From positions 1 to 56,981 of the IMG/VR virus record IMGVR_UViG_3300023184_002488: a stretch of DNA of 56,981 nucleotides, one strand, 5' to 3'. This stretch comes from a virus. Lineage: Duplodnaviria > Caudoviricetes. Shown here piece after piece: positions 45,301-53,935 of this stretch. The notes under the pieces were generated by a model that worked only from the letters and a program-made list of their open reading frames with translations, searched no databases and was not told where the DNA came from. Within the stretch, counting starts at the first letter, position 1, and every line of letters begins with the position of its first letter. Position numbers and translations under genes: made by a program.

Positions 45301-45661
45301 CTTCTAGCTGAGCTAGGTCAACATTGGCACGTTGGATATACATTGTATTAGTAACACCGAGTGCGCTATAAGCAGCTAATAAACCATACTCGTTTACTTC
45401 ACTGTCTTGCACTGGATTACCGTTAGCATCCATTTCAAAATATGGGTTTCCAAATATGTTAACTAGATCGCGTTGGCTGGTAATTGTAACTAGTTTTCCA
45501 GCATTGACCATAGTCGTTCCTGTCGCAACAGTTCCACTTGGGTTTTGTTTATTTGTTGCTGTGGCTAACAAGACATAAGCAACTGAACCAGCGGCTGTTG
45601 GTGTGTATTGGCTTTGGTCGATTATGGTGACCTGTACGCCTGGTGATGTTAATGATGGCAT
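42356..45661 (-). CDS. gp18: Contractile tail sheath protein, gp18-like
   Basis: SPGVQVTIIDQS start, PGYPEL, YYP, WFAPAG-RRG, RINVARL, FEPND, IQPVKAIEFIYIP. Confidence 0.95.
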   Translation of the reverse strand: MPSLTSPGVQVTIIDQSQYTPTAAGSVAYVLLATATNKQNPSGTVATGTTMVNAGKLVTITSQRDLVNIFGNPYFEMDANGNPVQDSEVNEYGLLAAYSALGVTNTMYIQRANVDLAQLEGTSIRPTGTPADGTYWLDLTNTNWGIYVWDSEEGFLYTTPTIITDVGYLVGSASTGAPLASFGSIGDYAVNSTNSNNPIYYKGYNNSWSIVGSDSWKSQVAAVRGTTSGVTISAGSKLIINGNTVNMTGTTISSAVTNINAATIPGVSASLNSVGQIQLYVNSGTIIYSNAAGNARGVINTAVATPNTLAITLGSVLTGNLDVAANLGILQSNIATISNGGNTYTYNGPTLTFAGYTNPPAWRDTDVTPRPNGSVWLKTTATGNGADWAIKEYSTTTSSFQSLTSSLYATDAAAIQGLDPVGGGATLAAGTLYVKYDSASTSTTQFKPFIKNVAGVLTVTGNVAGGSATYVSGNSFLMEVTVPGSATLANATVTLSANTATNLVTSILSANLPNITAGFDSSGRIYISHLAGGTMQFTYLTGTPLTTAGIINDTHIQTISAGLVYLASPFTPLTYTYSTTAPYSNPDDGTLWYYSNPLDVDIMISDGTAWKGYRNVSTDARGYDLTNTDPYGPILSASQPSKQSDGTTPLVAGDLWISTSQADLENYPVLYRYNGLTWSLIDNADDVDANGILFADARWDTDGTVNPITDDLPSISSLLTSDYIDSDTPDYRLYARGTLLFNTRRTGYNVKKFRVGYFENDANPPTEVDAWVSYSGVDPTTNVPYFGHKAQRNTVVEAMKSAIATSTELREEGTQYNLIVCPGYPELISDMITLNNDRTNTAFIIGDSPIDLPANSTTLQQWANNTNLAVDNGEEGLVSNSEYLGVYYPSGLGTDLAGNAVAVPPSHIMLRTIIRSDSVSYPWFAPAGVRRGLVDNVTAIGYVDRNNDSTFVSIGVTTGLRDVLYSGRVNPLTILPGVGIVAYGQKTRSATTSAMDRINVARLVCYLRTVLARVATPYIFEPNDAITRGQVESAFNAVFHDLIAKRAIYDYLVVCDETNNTGDRIDRNELWVDIAIQPVKAIEFIYIPVRLQNTGAALTIQ

Positions 45662-45693
45662 TATAATATTTCCTTTTAAATGATGCTTTAAAC

Positions 45694-45701
45694 TATTTAT
45701 A
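45694..45701 (-). promoter_or_regulatory. T4-late consensus promoter TATAAATA
   Basis: Upstream of the sheath gene; a divergent CATAAATA lies at 45748-45755 on the + strand. Confidence 0.8.
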
Positions 45702-45760
45702 ATTTTTTCTCATTTTTGGTAGCTTAGAGTGCCCTTTTAAAGGTTCGCATAAATAGGTAT

Positions 45761-46111
45761 ATGCAATGGCGAAAATTATGTGCTGTTTGTGGTAAAAAAC
45801 CCTGTGCAGTCAATTATAAACGTGGTGATGTCACCTATTATAGAAGTCGATGTGACGGTTGTATCCGTAAGAAAAATCACAAGCCTGTGCCTAAACCTCG
45901 TTGGCTATTAGAAGGTTATAAAAAGAAACCACACTGTGAAAAGTGTGGCTTTAAGGCTAAATTAAAAGAACAGTTATTTGTCTATCATGTTGATGGAAAT
46001 CTGAATAATAACAATCAACTTAACTTAAAAACAGTCTGTGCTAACTGTCAATACGAAATTGCCCGAGAGGGTTTAGGATGGCGTCAAGGCGATCTTGTAC
46101 CTGACTATTAA
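45761..46111 (+). CDS. Zn-finger/HNH-like small protein
   Basis: CAVC, CDGC, CEKC, YHVDGNLNNN...CANC. Confidence 0.75.
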   Translation: MQWRKLCAVCGKKPCAVNYKRGDVTYYRSRCDGCIRKKNHKPVPKPRWLLEGYKKKPHCEKCGFKAKLKEQLFVYHVDGNLNNNNQLNLKTVCANCQYEIAREGLGWRQGDLVPDY

Positions 46112-46742
46112 TAATATTTGCATCAATCTGTTGATACAGTTCTTCGATAGTTCCATTGTTGTTTAACACCACATCAAACTTTTGTCCTACCCATGCAGTT
46201 TCGCTAGCATGAACACCCAATTGTTCTATACGATGTTTGCTCAAAGCCCAACTAGTATTTCTAGTAGGACCCTTATTCATACTCTTAGCATCATCAAACC
46301 AAGTAGGTTCTGGTCCACGTTTAATACGCACCACCTGTCCACCCGCACCGCGTATGGCTTTAATTTCATTAGGGAATCGGCAGTCTGTGATGACGATATC
46401 ATCTAGGCCAGAGCGTAGGCGATTTTCCAAGCTGGCTACCCACATGTCATCATGGAATCCTTTGCGTATGACTTCAGTTCCCCAATATTGTAGGACCCAA
46501 CGCGGTGTTACATCACAGCCCAGGCGTTTACTCCACCATTCATCTCGGGTTTCGCGCCAGATTCTTGATTGATTAGTGCGGCCTTCTAATAGCTCGCGAT
46601 CCCACCCAAAAACTTGGCTTACAGCATCTTTAAGACTGTTGGCAAAGCTCTCACGTTTAAATCTATGAAAATTGACTAGATAGTCTGCGACAGTGTCTTT
46701 ACCAGATCCAATAAAGCCCACGATACCAATAATTTTAGCCAT
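46041..46742 (-). CDS. Deoxynucleoside monophosphate kinase (T4 gp1-like)
   Basis: GFIGSGKDT, FANSLKD, TPRWVLQYWGTE, ITDCRFPNE, HASE. Confidence 0.92.
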   Translation of the reverse strand: MAKIIGIVGFIGSGKDTVADYLVNFHRFKRESFANSLKDAVSQVFGWDRELLEGRTNQSRIWRETRDEWWSKRLGCDVTPRWVLQYWGTEVIRKGFHDDMWVASLENRLRSGLDDIVITDCRFPNEIKAIRGAGGQVVRIKRGPEPTWFDDAKSMNKGPTRNTSWALSKHRIEQLGVHASETAWVGQKFDVVLNNNGTIEELYQQIDANIINSQVQDRLDAILNPLGQFRIDS

Positions 46743-46744
46743 TA

Positions 46745-46781
46745 AAAAACTCCCTGTATATGTTTATTATACGGGAGTTTT
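46745..46781 (-). terminator. Terminator hairpin overlapping the promoter and RBS of dNMP kinase
   Basis: Minus strand AAAAACTCCC-GTATAATAAACATATAC-AGGGAGTTTTTT-AATG. Confidence 0.7.
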
Positions 46782-46801
46782 TGTCTACGGTCTAGACTTT
46801 T

Positions 46802-47725
46802 TTAACCAGTTATCCAAGTTAATGGCATACTACCATCAACATAGTTCTTGATATCTTCATCTAATCGATCTAATAGTGCTTGACCTTCTGATTTAAGTGC
46901 TGTACCATTTAATGTAGTACCGCCTTGTGGGCCTGCGATGGTAGCAAACTTTTCACGTGCTTGTCCTATGCTCATCATCACCAGTGCATAGGCATAGTCT
47001 TGGATCCACGGAAATGTGCCTGGGTCATTGAGTAGCATGATGTCTGGTTTATAATTGTCAAGATGTAGTAGCACGCTTTCATTATACGTTGGGTTTGGAC
47101 TCTTACCTTCCCAGGGCATCTTACGGACGATAGTGACTTTCTTAGTAACCTTATTCCAGGTAAAATTCATAAAGCCACCAAACATGGTCATGGCTAATTT
47201 TTGATAGTCTACAAATAATTCATAGCTGGCTAGGCCGCCAACTCGACCAGCTACTAACATATAGGTGTTTAAGTAACCACTTGCGAATGGTTCAAATTGA
47301 CTAGCAGTAGTTCCTGTTACACTACCAATACCTCTACGATAGATAGCACGTATATTCATGATATTATTAGGCAGGATATATTCTTGTGTTTCTGGTTGTA
47401 GATCTAAGAATCCATAGCTTTCTTCTACACTGTTGCTACTGCGTTGGCGATATCGTATAAGGGCTTGTTGGATACCCATGTCATAGTGTTCGCTGTCTGC
47501 TTCAACATCGATCATACCATCACCTAATCTTAGGCGAATGTAGTCTTTGATGATATTTTTTTGTGTGGCTACCGTGTCTAATTGTGCCTGTAGATTTGCA
47601 TCAAAGGCTATATGTCCAGCACCAGTACCTGTGTTCGCTACAAATAGCGAATCAGTTTTCAGACTTAGGTTAGCTGTTAAGGTACTAGAAGTAGAACTGA
47701 TATTTCCTGGTATTAAGTCAGACAT
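46802..47725 (-). CDS. gp13: Neck protein, T4 gp13-like
   Basis: YIRLRLG..IDVE, WIQDYA.A...IGQAR.KF, GPQGGTTLNG. Confidence 0.8.
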   Translation of the reverse strand: MSDLIPGNISSTSSTLTANLSLKTDSLFVANTGTGAGHIAFDANLQAQLDTVATQKNIIKDYIRLRLGDGMIDVEADSEHYDMGIQQALIRYRQRSSNSVEESYGFLDLQPETQEYILPNNIMNIRAIYRRGIGSVTGTTASQFEPFASGYLNTYMLVAGRVGGLASYELFVDYQKLAMTMFGGFMNFTWNKVTKKVTIVRKMPWEGKSPNPTYNESVLLHLDNYKPDIMLLNDPGTFPWIQDYAYALVMMSIGQAREKFATIAGPQGGTTLNGTALKSEGQALLDRLDEDIKNYVDGSMPLTWITG

Positions 47726-47729
47726 GTAA

Positions 47730-47769
47730 TTATCCTGTTATCATGTATTTATTACCGACAACAGGATAA
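47730..47769 (-). promoter_or_regulatory. RBS-occluding hairpin with a late promoter in its loop
   Basis: TTATCCTGTT/AACAGGATAA 10-bp inverted repeat; ATAAATA at 47746-47752. Confidence 0.7.
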
Positions 47770-47797
47770 GTTTGGCTTTACGCTACCTTGAGGGGGA

Positions 47798-48991
47798 TTA
47801 GATTACTTTAAGCAGGATCGTATCAGCGTTGATGCGTCCATTGAGTTTGATTTCTGTAGTCTTGATGTTTTCTAAGAACTTACGTAGTTCTACTTTACTA
47901 CTGCCTAGAAATGCTTTAACCTGTTCTTCAGGTTTACGCAGGGTTTTCTGTGTGCTCTTTGTTTCGTTAAAGCCTATGATCGTAGTGCCTTTAACACCTA
48001 ATGCGCCACCTTGGTCTTCTGCTACATACTTGCCTAGTTTACGATTCTTAACGTTGTAGACCCATAGCTGTTCAGCACCAACGATGTCCACAGGATTGAT
48101 CGATACCAGCTTCATTCCAGCATCTTGTTTAAGATATTTTAAACTCTTAACTATTTTTTCTTTAGCTGGTGGCTTACGCACTGCGGCTTTTTTAGTCGCT
48201 TTTTTAGTTTGATTGTAGGCAGTCAAGTCAGCGAATAGTTTATCATAAAAAGCATCATAGCGTTTATAGTCTGCGGCTTTCATATAGCTGTATGCGTCTT
48301 TAAGATCTTCATCTTTGGTTGTTCTTGCTTCACGCACTTCTGCACAGCGTGGTTCAAACACTGCCTGTATCTTGCTGATCAATACCTGTGGAACATTGTT
48401 CTTAGTCAGATATTCGTAGGCTTTGGGATCTACAGTTTCTCCCATATATAATGCATCTTCTAGCATTTCAAAATAAAGGATATGCTTTTTAGCCACTTCA
48501 TTCATACGATCCTGGATTGTTGGAACATAGACCTGTGTTTTTTTTACTTCTGGCTTGGCTTCAAAGTCCTCATCATTATCTGCTTTTAATGTCAGCACAC
48601 GTTTAACAGCATCGAGTATATATTCTACATGACGATCACGTAGAGGCATACCGCGTTCATGTGCTTTGATCAAGGCACACACAGTGAATGGTGTAAGACT
48701 GTCAGCTGAGCGTTGATAACGATCAATAGTAGTTTTATCTAACTTATGGAGCCCTTGCTCACCTTCATGTTGACGTAGCCAGGCCACAACATACTTCTTA
48801 AGATCTTTAGTAGTATAATAATAATTATAATAACGAAAACTATCACGTAGATGATGGTCAAATTCTTCATTTGAAAAAGTTAGGGCACGATCATAATCCC
48901 AAGTAGGTTCTTTGCCTGTGTATTTTTCATCGCTAAAGTTAATGTTACTAACTTTGGCTTTCTTTTTCATACCATCAATCTTGATTGTCAT
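47798..48991 (-). CDS. Phage hypothetical protein, 397 aa
   Basis: GAGGA RBS; TTGACA-N16-TATAAT promoter at 49016-49043; basic C-terminal domain. Confidence 0.8.
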   Translation of the reverse strand: MTIKIDGMKKKAKVSNINFSDEKYTGKEPTWDYDRALTFSNEEFDHHLRDSFRYYNYYYTTKDLKKYVVAWLRQHEGEQGLHKLDKTTIDRYQRSADSLTPFTVCALIKAHERGMPLRDRHVEYILDAVKRVLTLKADNDEDFEAKPEVKKTQVYVPTIQDRMNEVAKKHILYFEMLEDALYMGETVDPKAYEYLTKNNVPQVLISKIQAVFEPRCAEVREARTTKDEDLKDAYSYMKAADYKRYDAFYDKLFADLTAYNQTKKATKKAAVRKPPAKEKIVKSLKYLKQDAGMKLVSINPVDIVGAEQLWVYNVKNRKLGKYVAEDQGGALGVKGTTIIGFNETKSTQKTLRKPEEQVKAFLGSSKVELRKFLENIKTTEIKLNGRINADTILLKVI

Positions 48992-49028
48992 AATATCCTC
49001 TCTTGTTTATATTTAATTATACAGGATT

Positions 49029-49241
49029 TTATTCTGCTGTCAACTGTCCTACCATATCAATCACACCACTTAGACAAGTTGGACAAAAACTAGCTGGCAA
49101 TATACCAATGTCACCTTCAATTCCGCCTTCATCTGATGTGTAATTACAACTACATATTGAACATGTATGATGCTCTTCTTCCAACCATTGTTGCTGTTCT
49201 AGCTGTTGTTGGTATGCTTCTGCGCTAATCAATCTGACCAC
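49029..49241 (-). CDS. Small Zn-finger protein
   Basis: CSIC...CPTC. Confidence 0.65.
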   Translation of the reverse strand: MVRLISAEAYQQQLEQQQWLEEEHHTCSICSCNYTSDEGGIEGDIGILPASFCPTCLSGVIDMVGQLTAE

Positions 49242-49437
49242 CTTCGCTTTCTACCGCCGCTTTTTGTAATTCACGATTGACCATTTTATATGCCGCACGT
49301 TCCATACTGTCTAGATCGTCCCAAAGCTCTTCCATGCTGTTTAAGGCCCCGAAGAGATTGCTATGCCCATATTCTTCACCGTGCCATTGCACGATACTAT
49401 ATGCTTCACCTATGTCCATATATACTGGTGTTCCCAT
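49225..49437 (-). CDS. Hypothetical protein
   Basis: GGAG RBS; TAATG-coupled to the upstream gene. Confidence 0.7.
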   Translation of the reverse strand: MGTPVYMDIGEAYSIVQWHGEEYGHSNLFGALNSMEELWDDLDSMERAAYKMVNRELQKAAVESEGGQID

Positions 49438-49613
49438 TATTGTTCTCCAAGTTGGAATTTTTTAAGATATTCTCTCGCTTCGGTCAGGTCTGTCACAGGT
49501 TCAGCAGTGTCTAACAACATAGCGTGACGTGATAATTGTAGTATCCTTTGGGCTCGATATAAACGTTCATAACGGCTTTCTCCAGGATAGGGTTGGCTCC
49601 ATTTATAGTTCAT
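49437..49613 (-). CDS. Hypothetical protein, 58 aa (not in ORF track)
   Basis: MNYKWSQPYPGESRYERLYRAQRILQLSRHAMLLDTAEPVTDLTEAREYLKKFQLGEQ*; TAATG overlaps at both ends fill the gap exactly. Confidence 0.8.
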   Translation of the reverse strand: MNYKWSQPYPGESRYERLYRAQRILQLSRHAMLLDTAEPVTDLTEAREYLKKFQLGEQ

Positions 49614-49861
49614 TATTCACCTTCCTTGATTGGAGTGATCGATGAGTGGAATTCATTGTCCCACGGTGGATCTGATATAGCCGCGGGCGAATAGGTCATG
49701 ATCTCTTCTAGGCTTTTAGTGCCCGCAGTTTTATGAGATATTACCTGTTTAATTGGATTGTTGTTAGTGTATAAAAGATATGCCAGATAAGGCACTGTCA
49801 CTATACCTATTAGGATTAAAGTGCCGTTGCTATTTAATAATTTGGTAAGAGAATCGTTCAT
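49613..49861 (-). CDS. Small membrane protein
   Basis: One TM segment; AAGGAG RBS; promoter TTGACT-N17-TATAAT at 49885-49913. Confidence 0.75.
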   Translation of the reverse strand: MNDSLTKLLNSNGTLILIGIVTVPYLAYLLYTNNNPIKQVISHKTAGTKSLEEIMTYSPAAISDPPWDNEFHSSITPIKEGE

Positions 49862-49909
49862 TTAATCGCTCCTTTATTGTATGTATTATAGCATCTTTTG
49901 GTTAAAAAG

Positions 49910-50176
49910 TCAACCATTTAACAGCACACCAAAAGTCAAATATTGCTCATAATGGGCTATTTCTTGGTTGATTTGTTCTAATAATTCCTTGTGCTTACGG
50001 GTTTGACGACCCATTCTACGGCAGTTAATTTCTTCTTCTGATAATTTTTTAACCATGGCACCTATAGCATCGCTCATTTTCAGCATGTCATTGGTATGCT
50101 TTTTCATTTTATGTGCAGGTGCTTCTAGTTCAATTTGAACCTGTGCCCAGTCTAAACTTTGAGTAATTTCAGCCAT
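49910..50176 (-). CDS. Hypothetical coiled-coil protein
   Basis: Likely start MAEITQ at 50176, 6 nt below the -10 of TTGACA-N17-TATACT (50183-50211). Confidence 0.75.
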   Translation of the reverse strand: MAEITQSLDWAQVQIELEAPAHKMKKHTNDMLKMSDAIGAMVKKLSEEEINCRRMGRQTRKHKELLEQINQEIAHYEQYLTFGVLLNG

Positions 50177-50215
50177 GATACAAGTATAACACATTTTGGC
50201 TAGCTTGTCAATGTC

Positions 50216-50223
50216 GATAAATA
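50216..50223 (+). promoter_or_regulatory. T4-late-like promoter GATAAATA
   Basis: Upstream of the neck operon. Confidence 0.75.
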
Positions 50224-50243
50224 CTAGATAATAGGATTAGCTA

Positions 50244-51656
50244 ATGCCACGTCTAAGTTTATATCGTCCGGAAAAGGGCAACGACTACAAGTTCTTTGAT
50301 CGACGTATCAGTGAAATGTTCACAGTTGGTGGAGTTGATGTTCATATCCACAAATATCTCGGACCTTTAACACAGGGCAATGTCAGCATGACCGAACCCG
50401 GCGGTGCTACTACTCTACTAGGAATCCAAGATTTACTATTCTTAGAAAACCGTGATCGCAAATATGATACTAGTATCTATACCATGCGAACTATCTATCG
50501 CCTAAACGACAATGACTTTGATCTAACACAGTTTGGATTATTCTTGACTGGCGACACCATGTTTGCTGTGTTCCATCTGAACGATATGATCGATACTATT
50601 GGTCGTAAGATCATAGTGGGTGATGTCATGGAACTACCAAACTTAAAAGACTACTATCCATTGGATGATACTGTTCCTACAGCTCTTAAACGTTATTATG
50701 TAGTGCAAGATGCTACCCGTGCGGCAGAAGGATTTGCGCCAACTTGGTATCCACACCTATGGCGGGTTAAACTACAACCATTGGTAGACAGCCAAGAATA
50801 CAAAGATATCATTAATACTCTTGATGCTGGTGATAATACTGATAGTTCAATAGCAGATGTCCTAAGCACTTACCAAAAATACATTGATATCAATGATGCT
50901 ATCGTTAGCCGTGCTGAACAAGATGTTCCGGCTAGTGGTTATGATACCAGTGCGATCTATACTGAGCCAGTCAATCCAGATGGCACACCTGGTGATCCGG
51001 GTGGTTTAGATTCTAGCCAGGTCAGTGATGATGCCAGTGATGTCAATGATGATGCAAGTTCGGCTACACTAACATCAGCTAAGAAAGTAGAAGGATATTT
51101 AACTGGAGATGGCCTACCACCAAACGGTGCCGCAGTTGCCGCTGGTATCGCTTTCCCAAATGCTCCAGGCGTGGGAGATTTCTATTTACGTTTAGACTAT
51201 GTGCCTAATAGATTATTCCGTTATGACGGGCGTCGTTGGGTCAAGATAGAGGATGCTGTGAGAACTAACCTAACACCAGGATCAACCAATACTACACAAT
51301 TAAGTGGATTCGTCAATGACACTAACAAGTTCATGAGCAACAGCGTTGCTTGGGACGCTATACGCATCAGCAGTGGCACATATACACCTGCGGCCAATGC
51401 GTTTACTTTATCATTCAATGTCACCACTGGTAATATAGTTGTTAAAGTTCCATACGTCAGCGGTTATGGCGCTAAGACCTATATCAACAGTATCAAAGTC
51501 AACAACACCATCAGCAACTCAAGTGGCAATATTGGCATACACGTGGCCAATACCTATGTCAATGGTGACCTATTAGAATACACAGTTTACGAACACGTGA
51601 TCAATGAACGTCAGAGCTTATCACAAGCCTTGCGTCCTTCAGCGGATAACATATAA
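50244..51656 (+). CDS. Neck/head-closure protein, gp14-like, with C-terminal extension
   Basis: MPRLSLY, IQDLLFLENRDRKYD, DLTQFGLF, GDVMELP; upstream of the gp15-like gene. Confidence 0.6.
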   Translation: MPRLSLYRPEKGNDYKFFDRRISEMFTVGGVDVHIHKYLGPLTQGNVSMTEPGGATTLLGIQDLLFLENRDRKYDTSIYTMRTIYRLNDNDFDLTQFGLFLTGDTMFAVFHLNDMIDTIGRKIIVGDVMELPNLKDYYPLDDTVPTALKRYYVVQDATRAAEGFAPTWYPHLWRVKLQPLVDSQEYKDIINTLDAGDNTDSSIADVLSTYQKYIDINDAIVSRAEQDVPASGYDTSAIYTEPVNPDGTPGDPGGLDSSQVSDDASDVNDDASSATLTSAKKVEGYLTGDGLPPNGAAVAAGIAFPNAPGVGDFYLRLDYVPNRLFRYDGRRWVKIEDAVRTNLTPGSTNTTQLSGFVNDTNKFMSNSVAWDAIRISSGTYTPAANAFTLSFNVTTGNIVVKVPYVSGYGAKTYINSIKVNNTISNSSGNIGIHVANTYVNGDLLEYTVYEHVINERQSLSQALRPSADNI

Positions 51657-52513
51657 TGGTTACTTCTTATAATATAGATGATATAACCGCTAGTATGGCT
51701 AAATCTGGTTATGCTGTAATAAAAAACTTTTTAAATACAACAGAATTAAACTTAGCTTTAGAAGATTGTAAAAAAACTCCGCCAAATATACGTATCGAAG
51801 ATGGCTCCGGCACTGTTACAATGTTTCATGGCTCCGGCAGTCCTGTTGTAAACAAAGTATTTTATAAAAAAGCACTTGAATTATCAAAACAAATAGATCC
51901 TAGAATGGATACTGTCGCCGGAAATGGCATGTATTTTAGTGAACAGACGTTTGCATATTGTAATTGGGATTGGCATTTAGATCATGATGTATTCTATAGA
52001 TGGCAACAATTACATAGTTATTATAATTTTTTTATTCCTATCATTAAAGAAGATCCAAAATTATCAGGATTAAGTATTATCCCATTGGATGTTATAAAAA
52101 AAGAATTTCCACAATATTCTGACAGATTATATAATAATGGCGCATGTCGTTTTTATCCAAAAGGTAATATAACTACAGTCTACGACGACGAAATTGATGA
52201 AATTTTTGAACTGCCTGTTAATATAGAAAATATTAAAATTAGTCCAGAAATAGGACCCGGAGACTTATTACTTCTAAAAGGCTGCGTGATACATCACGCA
52301 CAAGATACGTTAACACATAGAGTAGCCTTATCGATGAGAGTAGTTCAAGGCTCTTATATATTATCTAGAAAAAAATTAGATTCTGGCGGATTATGGAAAA
52401 AGCATGTTATAAAATCTACTCCTGAATTATCAAAAATGTATGAAGTATTTGATGCATTAAACAAAGAAGAAATAACATCAGTTGAGTATACTGAATATTT
52501 AAAGTTAAATTAA
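51656..52513 (+). CDS. 2OG-Fe(II) dioxygenase, PhyH-like
   Basis: GYAVIKNFL, WHLD (HxD), FFIPI, PGDLLL...IHH, RVALSMR; AT-rich. Confidence 0.8.
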   Translation: MVTSYNIDDITASMAKSGYAVIKNFLNTTELNLALEDCKKTPPNIRIEDGSGTVTMFHGSGSPVVNKVFYKKALELSKQIDPRMDTVAGNGMYFSEQTFAYCNWDWHLDHDVFYRWQQLHSYYNFFIPIIKEDPKLSGLSIIPLDVIKKEFPQYSDRLYNNGACRFYPKGNITTVYDDEIDEIFELPVNIENIKISPEIGPGDLLLLKGCVIHHAQDTLTHRVALSMRVVQGSYILSRKKLDSGGLWKKHVIKSTPELSKMYEVFDALNKEEITSVEYTEYLKLN

Positions 52514-52528
52514 AAAGGTAAAGTTACA

Positions 52529-53935
52529 ATGGCAGCCTTACAACAATATTTTTATGATGCTCAGATTGAGCGTTTCCTAGCACAGTTTATCCGCATGGTA
52601 AGTGGCTTCCAAGTTGAATTTGGTCAAGACCGCAGTGGTAATAAAACTCTACAACGTGTGCCTGTTTACTATGGTGATGGCAGTCGACAAGTGGCCGCTA
52701 TCATTAATAACATGAGCGAAAACGCCTTACCAACTACACCAGCCATGACCGTTTATATCAACAACGTCACCTATGATCGTGATCGTGTGCAGGATCCTAC
52801 ATTCGTTGGCAAGATGAATATCCGCCAACGCTATTATAACGAAGACACACAGGAATTTGAAAATCGTCAAGGTAATGCTTTTACCATTGAACGTGCTATG
52901 CCTGTCCCATATACCTTAGATCTTAAATTAGATATCTGGACATCAAATACCAAACAAAAATTACAGCTATTAGAACAGATGATGGTCCTGTTTAATCCAG
53001 GTATGGAAATACAATCAACAGACAACTATATCGATTGGACTAGCCTGAGCGTGGTTTATTTAGAAAGCCCAACTTGGACTAGCCGTAGCGTGCCAATTGG
53101 TACAGAAAATCCCGTTGATGTCGCTACACTTACATTTAAACTACCTGTGTGGATCAGTCCACCGGCCAAGGTTAAAAAACTTGGCGTCATACAAAAAATC
53201 ATCGCCAGCATACATGATGCAGATGGCAATCTCAGTGATGCTGTTTATAATGATACCAATCTATTAGGTAATCGTCAATACTTTACACCATTGATGTATG
53301 GAGTATTGTTGATCGGCAACCAATTAACTTTATTAAAAATACAAGATGTTGAAACACCGCGTGAACCTACACTCAGCACACCAACTAAGATTGGCACCCG
53401 TGATGTTTGGCGCGATCTCATCAATGTCTATGGTGTATTAGAAAACGGTATTAGCCAGGTAAGATTATTACAAGAAGATGGTATCACTGAAGTCATCGGC
53501 ACTGTCAGCTATCACCCAACTGATGATAGTATATTGATCTTTAACGTAGACGTAGACACTACCCCTGGTAATACATTAGATCCAATCAATGCTATCATTG
53601 ATCCACGCAAGGTCACTGTCAACGGTGATATTACTACCCCCAGCACAGGCACTAGATATTTGATATTAGATGCTATTGGTAGTTTCGATACCAGCAATGG
53701 TGATGGACCATCAGCTTGGCACGGTGCAGATGGACAAGATTTAGTAGCTAATGCTAATGATATCATTCAATATAATGGCAGTCATTGGACGGTTTCATTT
53801 GACAGCCAGGCCCAAACGAGTTTACAATATGTAAGTAACTTAACGACCACTACTCAATATAAATGGAATGGCGCTCAATGGGTAAAAAGCTGGGAAGGCG
53901 AATACAAGGAAGGACTTTGGACACTGGTCATATAG
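52529..53935 (+). CDS. gp15: Tail sheath stabiliser/terminator, T4 gp15-like, with C-terminal extension
   Basis: YFYDAQI, RVPVYYG, MPVPYTL, QLLEQMMVLFNP, WISPP. Confidence 0.8.
   Translation: MAALQQYFYDAQIERFLAQFIRMVSGFQVEFGQDRSGNKTLQRVPVYYGDGSRQVAAIINNMSENALPTTPAMTVYINNVTYDRDRVQDPTFVGKMNIRQRYYNEDTQEFENRQGNAFTIERAMPVPYTLDLKLDIWTSNTKQKLQLLEQMMVLFNPGMEIQSTDNYIDWTSLSVVYLESPTWTSRSVPIGTENPVDVATLTFKLPVWISPPAKVKKLGVIQKIIASIHDADGNLSDAVYNDTNLLGNRQYFTPLMYGVLLIGNQLTLLKIQDVETPREPTLSTPTKIGTRDVWRDLINVYGVLENGISQVRLLQEDGITEVIGTVSYHPTDDSILIFNVDVDTTPGNTLDPINAIIDPRKVTVNGDITTPSTGTRYLILDAIGSFDTSNGDGPSAWHGADGQDLVANANDIIQYNGSHWTVSFDSQAQTSLQYVSNLTTTTQYKWNGAQWVKSWEGEYKEGLWTLVI

Noticed and set aside
45761-46111. Mobile homing endonuclease
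   Set aside because: Only 116 aa, no separate DNA-binding domain and no interrupted host gene; more likely a resident small HNH/Zn protein.
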